Program-made: the position numbers and the translations under genes
Part shown: in pieces, positions 12,607 through 25,690 of the stretch
How positions within the stretch are numbered: the first letter of the stretch is position 1
How the letters are laid out: the number at the start of each line of letters is the position of its first letter
Notes under the pieces: model-generated
The model's database searches: none
The model's input: only the letters and a program-made list of their open reading frames with translations
What the model was told of the DNA's origin: nothing
NCBI RefSeq assembly: GCF_000150275.1
Contig: NW_002060948.1
Location: 496,001 to 560,000, forward strand
Reading direction: 5' to 3'
DNA: 64,000 nt
Source: Trichoplax adhaerens
Lineage: Eukaryota; Animalia; Placozoa

Positions 12607-13079
12607 TGCTGTACAGTACCCGGCCCAGGTTGGCGTCAGGTACATGACGGCATCAATTACTCCTGTCTAGGCCTTGTGGTAAGACCGACTAGCACGCATA
12701 TTCGGCAATCCTTTCTTGGACAACGATAGGTGTACTATGCCTTCTCGATTCAATCAGCCTAACTAGAATCGGAGTGATTGCCATTTTAGCCAGGATTGTT
12801 GGGAAATTCAAGTTGTAGTGGATCTATTCATTGCTACCAGTTGTACTGACACATTTTGTACAATGTCCATGTGGTATAGGTATCGTGGAGAAGGTTCTTT
12901 TTACCAGTAAGCTGCAAACGGCAGCGCACTACTATACTGTACGTAGTGTCCACTGCCAAAGTGCACTGCACCGTACTGCAAACGCTCGTACCAAGCTTCC
13001 AATCCAATCCTGCTGTTATTGATTCCTATTAATAAAACCAAACAAGGGTAAAAACGCTGCCGGTTGCCGACAACTTGTG

Positions 13080-16000
13080 ATGGCTAATAGTAAAAGTCGC
13101 TCTAAATGGACGAGACCGTCTTCATCCAACATCACAAACCACAGTGTTTCCGATCATTCGAGTAGAAGACGTAAGCCGTTTTCAATGAAATTTGCAAATA
13201 CAACATGTTCACGACGCCACAGTCAAATCGTTTCGGTGAACGATGGTAAAGACCGTTGCCGTACCTTTAAGGTAAGATTATCACTCCACATCATAACATA
13301 ATCATCGAATTACAACCGCCAAACTACCACGACATATTTTAGCCATTCGCATCCTACATATTGAATGAATTGATACTATAGTATGCTTGTAAAAATCAAT
13401 CGTTGAATATTATTCTTATTATACTGTACTGCACCAACCAAATCTTGCTAAGCTTGGTATAAGACGTTTTTCCATTTGGGATTTTCCCAGATCTTGCTAA
13501 GCTTGGTACAAGACGTTTTCCATTTACGCTTTTCCATTCCATAGCTAACACGGTACTTTACTGTATCGACAGATGTATGCAACACTCTATAGTATTAATG
13601 TACTGTATTGGGCGGCAAGAAGAAATGCAAATGGCCACTGTATCGACAGTATTTACAGTCTTATACAAAAGTACAGTAGACTGAGTAAACGAGTGTAATA
13701 TGAGAACTGGCAATTGCTGTCAAAAATCATACCCCAAAGTCTTCATGTCGCTATCATTGCTCTTGAAATGACTGCATTTTTTTTTTCAAGGGGTATAGTT
13801 GAAATTGATACAATTTACTACAGTAGTACAGTATATTCCCTGACTTATTGAAACAATTATGGAGTTTAAACGATAATAATTATTAATGGTACCGGACAAG
13901 TTAAATATTCATTTTAATCATGGAGTTTTCAATGACTACATCAGCATCAATTTTCTCTTCCTAATTGCGTGTAGAGTTACGTGTCTTGATCGGGAAAGAC
14001 ACAGTCTGTGTCAATCTCTTTCCAAGGGTTGTAAACATGCATGAACTGTGTATTCGCGATATTCTATATGCAGCACACATATATCATATGTACTGTATGT
14101 ATAGCTATTAAATAATTACTTAGTATTCTATGCTAAGTATACGCTGCCTCAACGGATAATAATAGTTGTTGATGGACTGAATCTTTTGATGAATATGCCA
14201 ATTAGTGTTGCTCTGTACAGTGTACAGTATAATAATGAATTGATCAACCCTAATCGAGAACTTGTACGCGACTGAATGAGTGCACTACAACTCACAGTAG
14301 ACGCTATGATAGGCATAAAACTAAACTATTACAACGCTTTCATCTTCCAAAACCGTAAAAGACTTAGATTATTCATTTCGTGAATAGATCCAAAGACTTT
14401 AGACTTTCTAAAGTCATTCAAAATAAAAATCACTCATTGTAATTGTGAATCTTATTTTAGGGAGTTTTAGTAACTCATTAAATGCATGTAAATATAAAAT
14501 GCTTTATTTTTTCATTTTAATTTAGTAAAGGAGATAGAGCAGAAATAAAATAATCTTAAGAATAACTTTATAAATTGAACATTGACGAGTGGGTACGTAG
14601 GACGGTAAACTAATTCTTGATTTGCCATTTTGGCTGCACCCTTCGGTCAGGACTGTACCTACAATAATCCTACTATGTACTGTATATATGTCATACACTA
14701 CAGTACCGTAGATACTGTGGATCACGGTGCTGATTAGAATTTATATTTATTATCTAGCTATAAAGTCCCTCGCTCTGCATGAATTAATTAAAAGGAGGGT
14801 GGGAGGGATTATATGCAGTACAGTATACAGATGTAGATTATGTTATTACAGTCTTACCAAGCAGTACGTGAAATATCGCATAGTATACTCGTAGACATAC
14901 GGTACTCTGGATACGGACGATATTTATCCAATAATAAATATACTGTCATGAATTTCTATGACAACGAAGCGGTTTATGCATTGAAAGAACCATGGGATTT
15001 TACTGTAATTAGAATTGTAGATACTTTGTACTATATAGACGAAATCTGGTAATAATACGTACAGTATAGTACTGCAATCGACTGACTCATAGTTTAATGT
15101 AGCGCCTGCTGAAAGGGATAATTTTGTCTTGCTTTCTTTTACCAAACCAAATACCTAACAATGTAGTTGTTTCAATTTTATATCGAAATTCTACAATGAC
15201 AGCAAAGTATTTCATTTCATGTGTTAACACATCACTGGGCCATAAGATACGCTTGATGAACTAATTAATAAATACACGCCAGTATTAAACTCAGACTCCT
15301 TTGAGCATTTTTTTAATTTAATTAGATACTACTTGTATATGTCTGGAACTACTTGATGAAGAGAGAGACATGCACCGACACTTTTTTAACTCATAACGTT
15401 TTCTATTTTCTGCTATAATTTACCGTGTATCAAATGTAAATGATGTTGCTATAAGTAATTGAATTCATGATATAACATTGTTAAAGTATATATTTTACCT
15501 TTTGATCTGGTAGTTACTAAAAGTAAAGTAAAATCCCTTATTGCTTGATGCCTATCATTATAGGACCAAGGTGTCAAGAATAGAAAATTTTATAAGAATA
15601 ACGCAAAAGATGAACGAAAAAGAAAATTATTTTATGAAAATAACAAGAGTATGGCAATAAAGCAAGTAGGAACTAAGGCAATGCTTCCACCCAGTAAAAC
15701 GATCCTATGTCGAGCTGGTAATAAAGTTAAAGCTACAGATCACCGAACAACATCAAAGAGATCTGAGCCGTACGTTCAATCGCCAATTTAGCGACTACAC
15801 TACTGGAGTACTCGTACCTTTTTCATTGTAAACTGTTACATACGTGTAGTGTCTACAGTAAATCTTGGTATATCGGCTACTATATGTGTTAATTTTATAA
15901 GCTATTGCAGTACTTCTGTTTGTAGACTACAATTAATTACAATTGTAGAATATCATACATTAACTCGTAGCTTATAATTTGGTAAATAGGAGTGAAACCA

Positions 16001-17170
16001 AAGTTACTTCTGACAAAAATGAAAAAACGAATGAGGTAAAGCACTAAATTCTTTAATTTATCATGTTTGGGCGTCTAGACTGTCCATTTTTTAACTACAG
16101 AGTTTTGTTATACCTTTCTAATTCCAGTAGCAAATTATGTTTTCAATGAACTAATCAATTATAAATGATTGCTATTCACAGATATTAGACAGTCATCATA
16201 TCATTCATGGTAAGAAGAGAATCGTGCCTCCTCTTCCTTTATTATTTCCACTTACGACTATGTTAGTAACTCCAGCTCGCGCTGGACTTCTTCCCACACC
16301 GAGGTAGGCCAAAAATTTTATCATATACGTATATGAGTGTATTTAAAGTATTGAGTATTGAGTAGCGAAATTACTCAATATCGATTTTCTGTATACTTTA
16401 GATTTGGCAGTGGCATAATTTCTTGCTTACCGAACCCAAATAAAACTCATCAAGCTCAGGCGCTAACTTTAAATAAGATTGCTAATAATGCTGCCGCACT
16501 CCAGGCTCTGAAAGAACCTCACTTGTTAACTAACTTTGCAGGAAAAAGAAAACAACCATCTAATTCAATCGCTAATAATAATACCCAAACTGCTTTAATA
16601 AACTTTCAGCCGTCAACCGTCAATCAAAAAATTCGCAGCTCAGACGCAAGCATTTATTCCATAGGAAAGCCCACCATCAGTTGCCTACCACTACCAGCTC
16701 CTACTGCAAACACAGTACTAATCCCTAGCAGTACCGCACCTCTATTATCCACCGATAACGCTACCTCTGTTGCTTTAGTTTCTAGTGTAGCTAATATCAT
16801 ATCAACAGGAAATGTCTCACTCCTGACCTCTGCTAATTGTATAAACACAACAGCAACAGCTATTCCTCTGCTTGCTAATGCTGCCATAGTGCAAACTCAA
16901 ACTAATATTCCAATCATTACAAATCCAATTGGTATTGCCGCCACGCAAGCTGCCGTCGCATTAGCCAATAGCACTAACGATATACTTCCACCACATACTA
17001 TAAATGGTCAAGAAAAGCCAAAGCCGAAAGTTGACCCTCCAGCTGCAGTTCTTGAGAAAGCTGCACAGCTAAAAGATAAATTAAGAGCTACACAAGCTGT
17101 ATCAGCTTTACGCTTATCATCTCAACTACAGAATATAAATTCACTAGCAAGTTCTTCTTTAGTTCCGTGA
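13080..17170 (+). CDS. Hypothetical protein (~445 aa): basic N-terminus, Pro-rich GLLPTP motif, Ala/Thr/Asn-rich C-terminal half
   Basis: Exons 13080-13271, 15564-15769, 15990-16035, 16182-16303, 16402-17170 join in frame (phases 0,2,0,2) with canonical GT-AG sites and no stops. No recognisable domain. Confidence 0.7.
13442..13527. repeat. Short direct duplication (~36-bp core, period 49)
   Basis: ATCTTGCTAAGCTTGGTAYAAGACGTTTT(T)CCATTT at 13442 and 13491. Confidence 0.8.
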
Positions 17171-19138
17171 AGAAAAGTTTTAAATAAAGATATTCATCAC
17201 TAGCTCATTGAAATAGATAACCATATAATATACAGTCAAATGTATCGTACTGTATCGCATTTAAGATGTAATACGTAAATTAGCGTAAGAAACACTAATT
17301 TCCCGACTAATTCCGGAAAGAAAAAATTTTATCTAATTATTAGGTATTAAACGAATTTAAAGCTAAATAGATTATCTTGGTATTTCTTGATTTATTAACC
17401 CTTATTCTGACGTGACTTATTTATTTCCGTTTCACTATTATTGTCTTTTGACGTATAGAAAAATATTATTTACGATATTTCTCTTACTAAGGGGCAATAT
17501 TAGACCTATGTAGAGTATGCTGGGTATGTTCTTTAGTGTCATGATTCTCTCTATTCGTACATATTTAATGGACGATCTTCTAATTAATGAATTCGTGTAA
17601 ATTAACGTTTTACTATTGCAGCAAATGAACCATTACAATCTGATAGTCTTCATACGGATTCTGTCGTCATTGTTATTATTGTCGCAGGTTCGATAACTTA
17701 GCTATTTGAACATTATGTTTTACTCTTCAATTATTAATCTATCTGTTCTTTCGTACCCAGTATAGATATTATTAATACCTATCTGTATATGTAACATTAT
17801 GTGTACATTGTTATTTAAAGTGTTCTTAAAAAATTCTTCCTTAATTTTGATGTCACGCCCTAATACCTTTAGATCGTTTAAGGATTGATTTATTTTAACG
17901 TCCAAAATTCTTATTTAATCTTTTATTGTGTTCACCACTAAGCAGATGAATGAACATTCATTCTCTGTTATTTTCATAAGGTGAGCACAAATACAAATTC
18001 TACTATGTACTACAAATGCAGTTCTATGCGACTTACTATAAGTCACTACGTATTACTTATGCTAAAAATTATTAACTGGTATTATTATATACAGTTATGC
18101 AAAGGATTTGTTTGAAAACTGTTCACTCTTTAGTGCTTCATTAGCACGTGTGGTAAATACAAATTTGCATCTTAATTTTCTGTGATTTCTATTTCATTAT
18201 ATTATAGTTATTCAATCTTATTATCATGTGTACGTTATCGACTTAATATCAATTGCAACTTCAATCTTATGAGCTTTGTTAAGTTTAGATCAATGATTTT
18301 ACTCTGCAAACGATAGAAGTAAACTTCTTTACATGCGTCTTGCGCATGTTTTAACTTATTCAACATTTAACTGATGCTACAATTTTAAAAAAGGCAATCT
18401 ACAAATTAGCGAAAGAGTATCAGAAAGTTAATACTCATCGACTTCTTTATCCATCTATGCAGAAAATAACAGAGTACAATAGTAAAGTTAGGGTGCCAAA
18501 CTACAGTGTACTAAGTAAGTTTTCACGTAGATAAAGCAACATCATTAACACATTTGTAGCGCTCAACATGACTGAGCACGCAGTACTCAGTTGCTGTTTA
18601 CAAAGAAGTCACCAACAGTTTCGCTATAGTATATTCAAATAATTAATTTTTATTATCGATTACCAACTAAAATTACATCTCTTTAAATATTGAGGAGATA
18701 ATAAGATACAGTACTGTATTTGTATACGCATATTTATCCATTTAAAAAGAATATACATATTCGGCGCATTGTTGATAGAATTATAGCATCTACATACACC
18801 TATTTAGCATACAGCACTAAGTGTATATCATACATTTCGTATTCCGAAGGCCAATATGTAGTATACCGACAATCGATACACCATTAGCGAGAAGATAAGA
18901 CGATAAAATAACAAAAAAACTTAAAATACACAACTGTACAAAAACACTAACGTATTGACGGGTGTCTTATCCAATATTGTGCCCACAGGCAATTTATAAA
19001 TCTCCAAAGACTTTTGTAATAATTAGTGATACGAGGAACGCATATTTACGTAATCGTTGGTTTATCTTTAAAGCAGACAATATCGTAACATACTGTAAAT
19101 GTCAACATAACGATTACGGAATAATTAAGTCTATTTTG

Positions 19139-21498
19139 TTACGTCTTTCTAAAACCCTTAAGTATTGGGTATATGTTATCGAAAGCTTCATAGATCTCAT
19201 CCCGTACTTTGGCCCCTATATCGATACAAAAATTTTATCAATAAATTGGTCGAAAATATGCCGTCGTAAGACTGACTTTTCTTCCATGTATATGTTGCAA
19301 AAATTTCAGGAAGAAATAAACATAAAAGTACTCAAATTTATCCACTAAAAATATTATACGGTAAGTAATATTCTTACCAGTAAGAACAACTTTGCCTGAA
19401 ACGAATATCAACAACACGATCCTCGGCTTGACCATCCGATAAATTAATCCCGGAAATAACTCTGGTTCGTAGCTGAAAATAACAAGCAAGAAGCTAATTC
19501 ACCAACTGTAAATAATTACCTTAAGATTATATTTAATCAAATTTAGGTGTATACACACTACCAAAATAATCTATTGACAATTTCAAGATTTACAGCAGTA
19601 TGCAAATGAGCTGACATCCTTTTGTCTCGACAAATTGTTTGCTTTATCGTATTGTACAGTCTACTAGAAGTCAAGGGGTAACAGTTCCTACTGCACATTA
19701 TAGTAAGCTAAAAATTACTCGTATACAAAGATGATAAAGTAAACTGTATAACGTACCTTGAGAACTGCCCGTGAGCCAGAACTAGTCCCTCTAAACGAAT
19801 CGGAAATTTAACATCGCAGCTACCAACCATATTCTGGATTCTAAATTCGGTAAACTTAGCCTAATGTAAAATTGCATAGTAATGTTAACCGTATTAACGA
19901 AAAATATAAAAGCAAATTATAAAAGTCAATATGCTGCACAAGACACTAGTCTAGTCAGGGACTACTAAAAAAGAAAGAAATGGGACTGGAAACGACCACA
20001 GTGTAAAATAATGTGGAGGCTTATCATTTTTTCGGTCATTCTGCTATACGCTACCAATGAAACCGTGTACCATACTGCACAAGACCAACTTAGCAAGCTA
20101 ATAGCAGCTAATTTGGATGTCAATCGCAGGCAGTATAGTGTACCATTACAGACATGCGATACACTTGAAATGAGCAGTAAAATAATCAGCCTCCACATTA
20201 TTCGTATAGTGAATCGTTTTCTGTCCCGTCTCTTTCTTTTTAGTAATCCCCGGTCTAGTACAGTAAAGAATTCAATAGAATGCAAACTGAAAGTGAAAAA
20301 TAATCCTAAAATAAAATTCTACTAAATACATAAAATAATTTTGTTAAGAGATATAATTATACAAAAATGATTTATTCTTTTCTATCAGATTTATTAAGTG
20401 ATGCAAGATATTACATTAAATACATAAAGTAATTTTGTTAAGAGATTTAATTATACAAAAACGATTTTATTCTTTTCTAGTAGATTTATTAAGCGATGCA
20501 AGATATTACAGTAATGCACAATGATTAGATACTTATTATCTATTTAGGTTAATTTACAAATAGATGATCTTACCGGGAATCCTAGTTTTTGAATAACTCG
20601 TGCATATTTTCGAGCAGCTAAGCGGGACTGCTCTTCACTAAAATTCAAATAAATCCATCAAATGTTTAAAAATTTACTCATTAACAAGTAACAATACCTC
20701 ATGATATACAATTAACCCTTTTCAATGCTAATACTTTTACAATAATAATTATAATAAAATGGCAAGCTGGTACTATTGATAACTTGTAGTAAAATAACAA
20801 GATCTACATCATGGAGACATTATAAATACTAATAACTAGTGCAAAAGACCCAACGGCATACCTCTTTGCACCAGTGCATACCATCTTGCCAGAACTAAAT
20901 ATTAACGCGGTGGTCCTAGGTTCTCTGATTCTCATAATAACAGCAGCAAAACGCTACAAATGCAAGGAGATAAAATGTTAAAATAATGAAAGAACTCCAT
21001 AAATGTTATTGGCATATGATAACTGCTACATCATGAAAAGAAAAGAAAACAATCACTCCCAATATTTATAATTATAATAAAGTGCTCGTCTTATTTGGTC
21101 TACATTAATAAAAATTGCTTCACCTTTGGATTATATTCGGCGTTTCTGGCATGCAATGCAATTCTTTGTAATTCCAATCTGCATCCTAAGTTAACTGTCG
21201 ATACAATATTTCTGTAAACAATTACAAGATGTTTGATAAATATTAAGTCAATAGATAATACAATACCAGCACATTCTATTGCTACTTATAATTATTTCAG
21301 TAAAATTCAATAAATATCGTACTGTAACTGTGGAAGTATTGAAGCAGCTTCAGCTGTAGCTGGCGTTCCTGGCCCAATAGATGGAATAGCAGCAGGCGTT
21401 GATGGAGGTTGCATTTGCAGGTATGTCGAACTAGAGGTCCCTGGTACTTGTTGCGCCGCTTTATCGGATGCCGTAGAAGATGAACCCGACGTTTCCAT
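19139..21498 (-). CDS. TBP: TATA-box binding protein
   Basis: Exons (minus): 21323-21498, 21124-21211, 20862-20953, 20574-20637, 19757-19860, 19378-19472, 19139-19215. Core motifs [83 protein letters not shown]. An acceptor at about 21514 implies an upstream 5'UTR exon, with a candidate donor near 23676. Confidence 0.98.
19956..20252. mobile_element. MITE-like element, family A, copy 2 (hAT-like), in a TBP intron
   Basis: TIRs CAGGGACTACTAAAAAAGAAAG / CTTTCTTTTTAGTAATCCCCG; subterminal inverted AATAATGTGGAGGCT / AGCCTCCACATTATT; flanking direct repeat GTCTAGT at 19949-19955 and 20253-20259. Confidence 0.82.
20323..20510. repeat. Tandem duplication, 2 x ~94 bp, in a TBP intron
   Basis: TAAATACATAAARTAATTTTGTTAAGAGAT...ATGCAAGATATTACA starts at 20323 and 20417. 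Confidence 0.88.
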
Positions 21499-23791
21499 AT
21501 CTTGTGTTTCTGCCTACATTTCATTAATTTTAGAAAATACTCAATGATTCTATCTAATTTCGACGAAGGAAATGATTCGTTAATGTCATCGATCTAAATA
21601 TTCATCGTATTACATTGCTTGTTTTGGATATTAAAATCGTCGCAAGTACTGTACAATGTCCATACGTGTAAGGGTATACCTACCTGTATGCACAGTACGC
21701 AAGTTACGCCAAAAAAAAGTAATGTAATTAATCTCCAAGCAACTACCTCACATTGTTGGAATAACGGTAACGACACTTTGCTATGTACAATGCACCATAC
21801 TGTAGATTCATTTTAGCAAAATTTAGACCATTTACTGTATAGGCTTTATACCTAGATGCTTTCTAAAGTGTCGGTTCATTTTGCTAAAATTAGACTGCAT
21901 CTTGTTATACTGCATGTAGAACAGTGTTTACGAGAAATAAATTAATCTTGTAATTACTTTATTCAGAAGTAGAGAAAAGCCGTTCATGCAGGAATAGCAA
22001 GATACAAGTCTGGGTTAGTATTAGAACACCAAACTGGATGCATTTGCGAGAATCGTTCTAGTTAATCCTACGTTTTTATTTATCCGTAAACAGCAGTATT
22101 TGTTATAGAAAAATTCTCCCTTTCCTCAAATCATGGTTTTATTCAAAGTAAAGTATTTCTGTGTTGTATCTACTATATACCATACTCTACTAGAGATAGT
22201 GTACGTACTGAACGTATTAGTGTATTGTTTCTCCAATGAATCTACCGAAATCCTTTGACGAATATAGACCTAATTTTGAGATATAAATATGTCTATAATA
22301 TAAATATCTATTAGTACATTAATTAAGGTTAAGTTATGATTGTGACGGTATGTCATGGTGAAACAGCGTCAAAAAGTAGCGTCTTCGTAGAAATGAAGCA
22401 AGGCACCAAAGAAGAATTCAAGCGATTATCTATGCCAACTAGGGTTGTAGTAATTTCATAATCAGAATTAAGACTCTTTTAAGTACAACCGATATACTAT
22501 AAATAGCCTCAATACAGTACAAACAGGAAAACATTTGTGTAAGTTTGCGAAGTCGGGATATGGCTGGATTTCCAATACTGTAGTATACAGTACAATAATG
22601 ACATGGTTTTTGAGGTCGAAAATCTTTCTGTGCCAAGTTTAATTTAACAAGATAAGAAAAAAAGGAATCCATTCTATTCTGAACACCTTAATAAATTACA
22701 TCGTACATTAATAATACTGCATCGACGCTGTGTTGTGGCAAATCCTAATCTAATTTCCATACCATCTACAGAGGAGGTAGAGAGCTGAGTGACAAAGGAT
22801 ACGCAGTCAACGCCGACTGTCAAAACATATACAGTAATTGTTATGGAAATAATTGTCGGTGCGCCATTTCCAAGTACCCCTACTACAAGTAGAACATGTT
22901 GTTGTCGTGACTATTAGCAAATGTATCCACCAAGATATTCTTGATCCCATTAAAAAGGGGGGGGGGGTTTAAATATTATTCTGACGAATGATAGGAAAGA
23001 GAAAAATACTGGCGGGTCGTTTCCTCATGAATTGAAGTAATAAAGAACAATTAAAACGTGCCCATTCATCTATAATAAGACTTGATTAAGCAAGCAAGTT
23101 GTACCTATAAACGGTAGAATGTATTTACAGTAAATAGGCATTTCCAAGCAAAATATCACCCTTGATAAACCCTTGTACTTTCACTGTAGTAGTCCTTTAG
23201 TTGAAGATTTTGCCTAGCATATCGTATCCTCCAAGTGGACAAGAATCCAGCGTGTAAAGATAGCGAAACTGAATTCAAGGAAAATGTTGAATAATGCAAT
23301 GAATTTTCAAGGCTAGACAAGACCCATTATAATAGCTGTATCACAAGGATATCAAGGCTATTTTGGCAAACAAGGCATTCCATCCAGCTCAAGCCAGAAA
23401 AGATGGCTAATAAAATGGCATGCTATTGATGAAGTCAAGCATTGTCGATACCGATTGGTTACCGCAAGTTGGGTCCATTTGCATGTTACGACAACCCTGT
23501 AGTTTTTTGTATTTATCCTCGTCCATTGCTTATCCTACTTACAGTCTGCTTTTCTTGCTCCTGTCCAGTGCGAGGACGGCTCCTGATATTGCTTGCCATA
23601 TTACCTTGATTTAATTGCCAGGAAAAATGAACGATGATCTCAGCAAGATCGGAAATTTCCCCTTAGCCGTACAACCTTCTTCTTCTTGCTTGTTTTGTCA
23701 ACTGACAGTTATTGAAGGGTGAAGTCGATCGGTCGTCTCAACCCAGCTTGCACTTCAGTACCCCGGTCTGCGTGCCGTCAGTACAGTACCA

Positions 23792-24360
23792 GTTCAGGTG
23801 TGAAAATTCGAGCTGCTGGCCTGTGCTGGTCAATACAGTTGTTCCTTGAGATGAGTTCGAGTTACTGTACTGTACAGTGTACCGTACTGTACTGTATCAA
23901 TCGATGCGCACGCGTAAACGACTGTCCAGTTGATTGGATTCAAGAAGTGAGTCAATTTTAAATTTTTTTAGACGGCGTCTAAAATAGATACTTGAGTTTT
24001 TAATGGCATTGAGGCACCATCTTACACTTACAGGATGGCATCAAATTGAAGTTGTAGACTGTAAAAGGGATACATTATCGTACAAGTTCAAGTGTGAAAA
24101 TTCGAGCTGCTGCCCTGTGCTGGTCAATACAGTTGTTCCTCGAGACGAGTTCGAGTTACTATACTGTACTGCACTGTATCAATCGATGCGCGTGCGTAAA
24201 TAACTGTCCAGTTTAGAATGAATTCAAGTAAGCAGATTTTTGGAGACGGCGTCTAAAATATATACACTCGACTTTTTAATGGCATTGAGGCACCATCTTA
24301 CACTTAAAGGATGGCATCAAATTGAGTTTGTAGACTGTAAAAGGGATACATCATCGTTTA
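23792..24360. repeat. Tandem duplication, 2 x ~294 bp, upstream of TBP
   Basis: GTTCARGTGTGAAAATTCGAGCTGCTG.CCTGTGCTGGTCAATACAGTTGTTCCT ... GTAGACTGTAAAAGGGATACAT starts at 23792 and 24086. Confidence 0.9.
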
Positions 24361-25205
24361 AGCGACTTACGCTGAGATATCGACATCAACATGGCTAGTG
24401 TTTCTGTACACTAGTATCATGGACCTGTACTCCATTTCTCTACTCTATGTCGTTACAGTACTACAGTATATTTCTATGCTAGTACTGTATACTGTACAGT
24501 ACAGTACGCAACAAATGGCGTCACCAGTCACGACGTGCACTACCAGGTGACCTGAGAAAGGTTCGGTCCGGTTCGGAACGTTACGATCTATATTCAGTAC
24601 CAGTACCAGTGTCTATGTTCTGGACTAGTGCGGACCGTGATAGGACTGACGTCAATCGGGTACGGACCGGTACGGTTACTAGGACTGCCGCAAGTGCTGC
24701 TATTAAAGCCGTATACGAAAACTGCGATACCCAACGCAAATGGTCTTAAAGAAATTCATGAATGGGTGATATATATTCTAAACATCCATTTCATTTTTTA
24801 AAATAGGCAGCAATCACTGTAGAGTAGAGCACAACACGATGGTGCCAGAAACAGCAAGTGCTATGAGTTAGAATCTTAGTCATCTCGTTACGCTTTCCAA
24901 TGCGATTACGCGTAAATAGCTCTTGATACATTTAGCGTTGTAAGTAGTAAATAAAGTATTGGCTAACCTAAGGTTGCTAAGCTTGTTTTTGGAGTCTGTA
25001 GACCAAGTATCTCAGCTAACCCAATAGTTGGGAGTATCTCGTCAGCTATCCCAACTCTGTCAGGTTCATATACACCGAACGGTAAGACTGTGCTGTAGTG
25101 ACAGCAATAACCGTATCATGGACTATATTGTCCGCATCAGAGGCTCTTTTAGGATCTCTAGTCCACAGCGTCAAACACCCTTAAGGTTAACAAGTACTAT
25201 ACAAG

Positions 25206-25690
25206 TACTGTAAAATCGTAGTTTACATACTGAAACTTAATTGACAATACTCAATTTGTTAATAGATATTGTAGTAGCCTATCTACTCAACATTGATTTA
25301 ATACTACAAAATGAAAATCTCATCACTCCATGTCATAAGGCAACGATTAAAAATAAATACTACTTTAAAATTGTAATCTACATAAAACAAATTAATTGAC
25401 AATGCTCAACTCGTAAAGAAGTATTGCAGTAGGCTATCTATTCAATATCGATTCATGCAACTATGTAACTATTAAACTACTGTAAAATCACAATCTAAGT
25501 AATGAAGCTTAATTTATAGTGCTCAACTTGCAAAGAAACATCATAGTAACGTACATTGATTACATACTTCTACGCGACTACCCAATTATTGAGAATACTA
25601 TAAAATTATAATCTACATACTGAAGATGAATTTATAATGCTCCACTTGTACATAGATATTGTAATAGGCTATCTATTCAACATTGATACT
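25206..25690. repeat. Degenerate AT-rich tandem repeat, ~4 units of 120-150 bp
   Basis: Recurring TACTRTAAAAT...ATCTACATACTGAA...AATGCTCAACTTGT...GATATTGTA.TAGGCTATCTATTCAACATTGAT. Confidence 0.65.

Noticed and set aside
10406-12729. Short ORFs rich in Y/S/T/V/Q/C (YSTVQYC-type)
   Set aside because: Translations of ACAGT/ACTGT microsatellites and MITE sequence, not genes.
19965-20325. Overlapping opposite-strand ORFs that both contain MWRLII
   Set aside because: Artefact of the inverted repeats of MITE family A.
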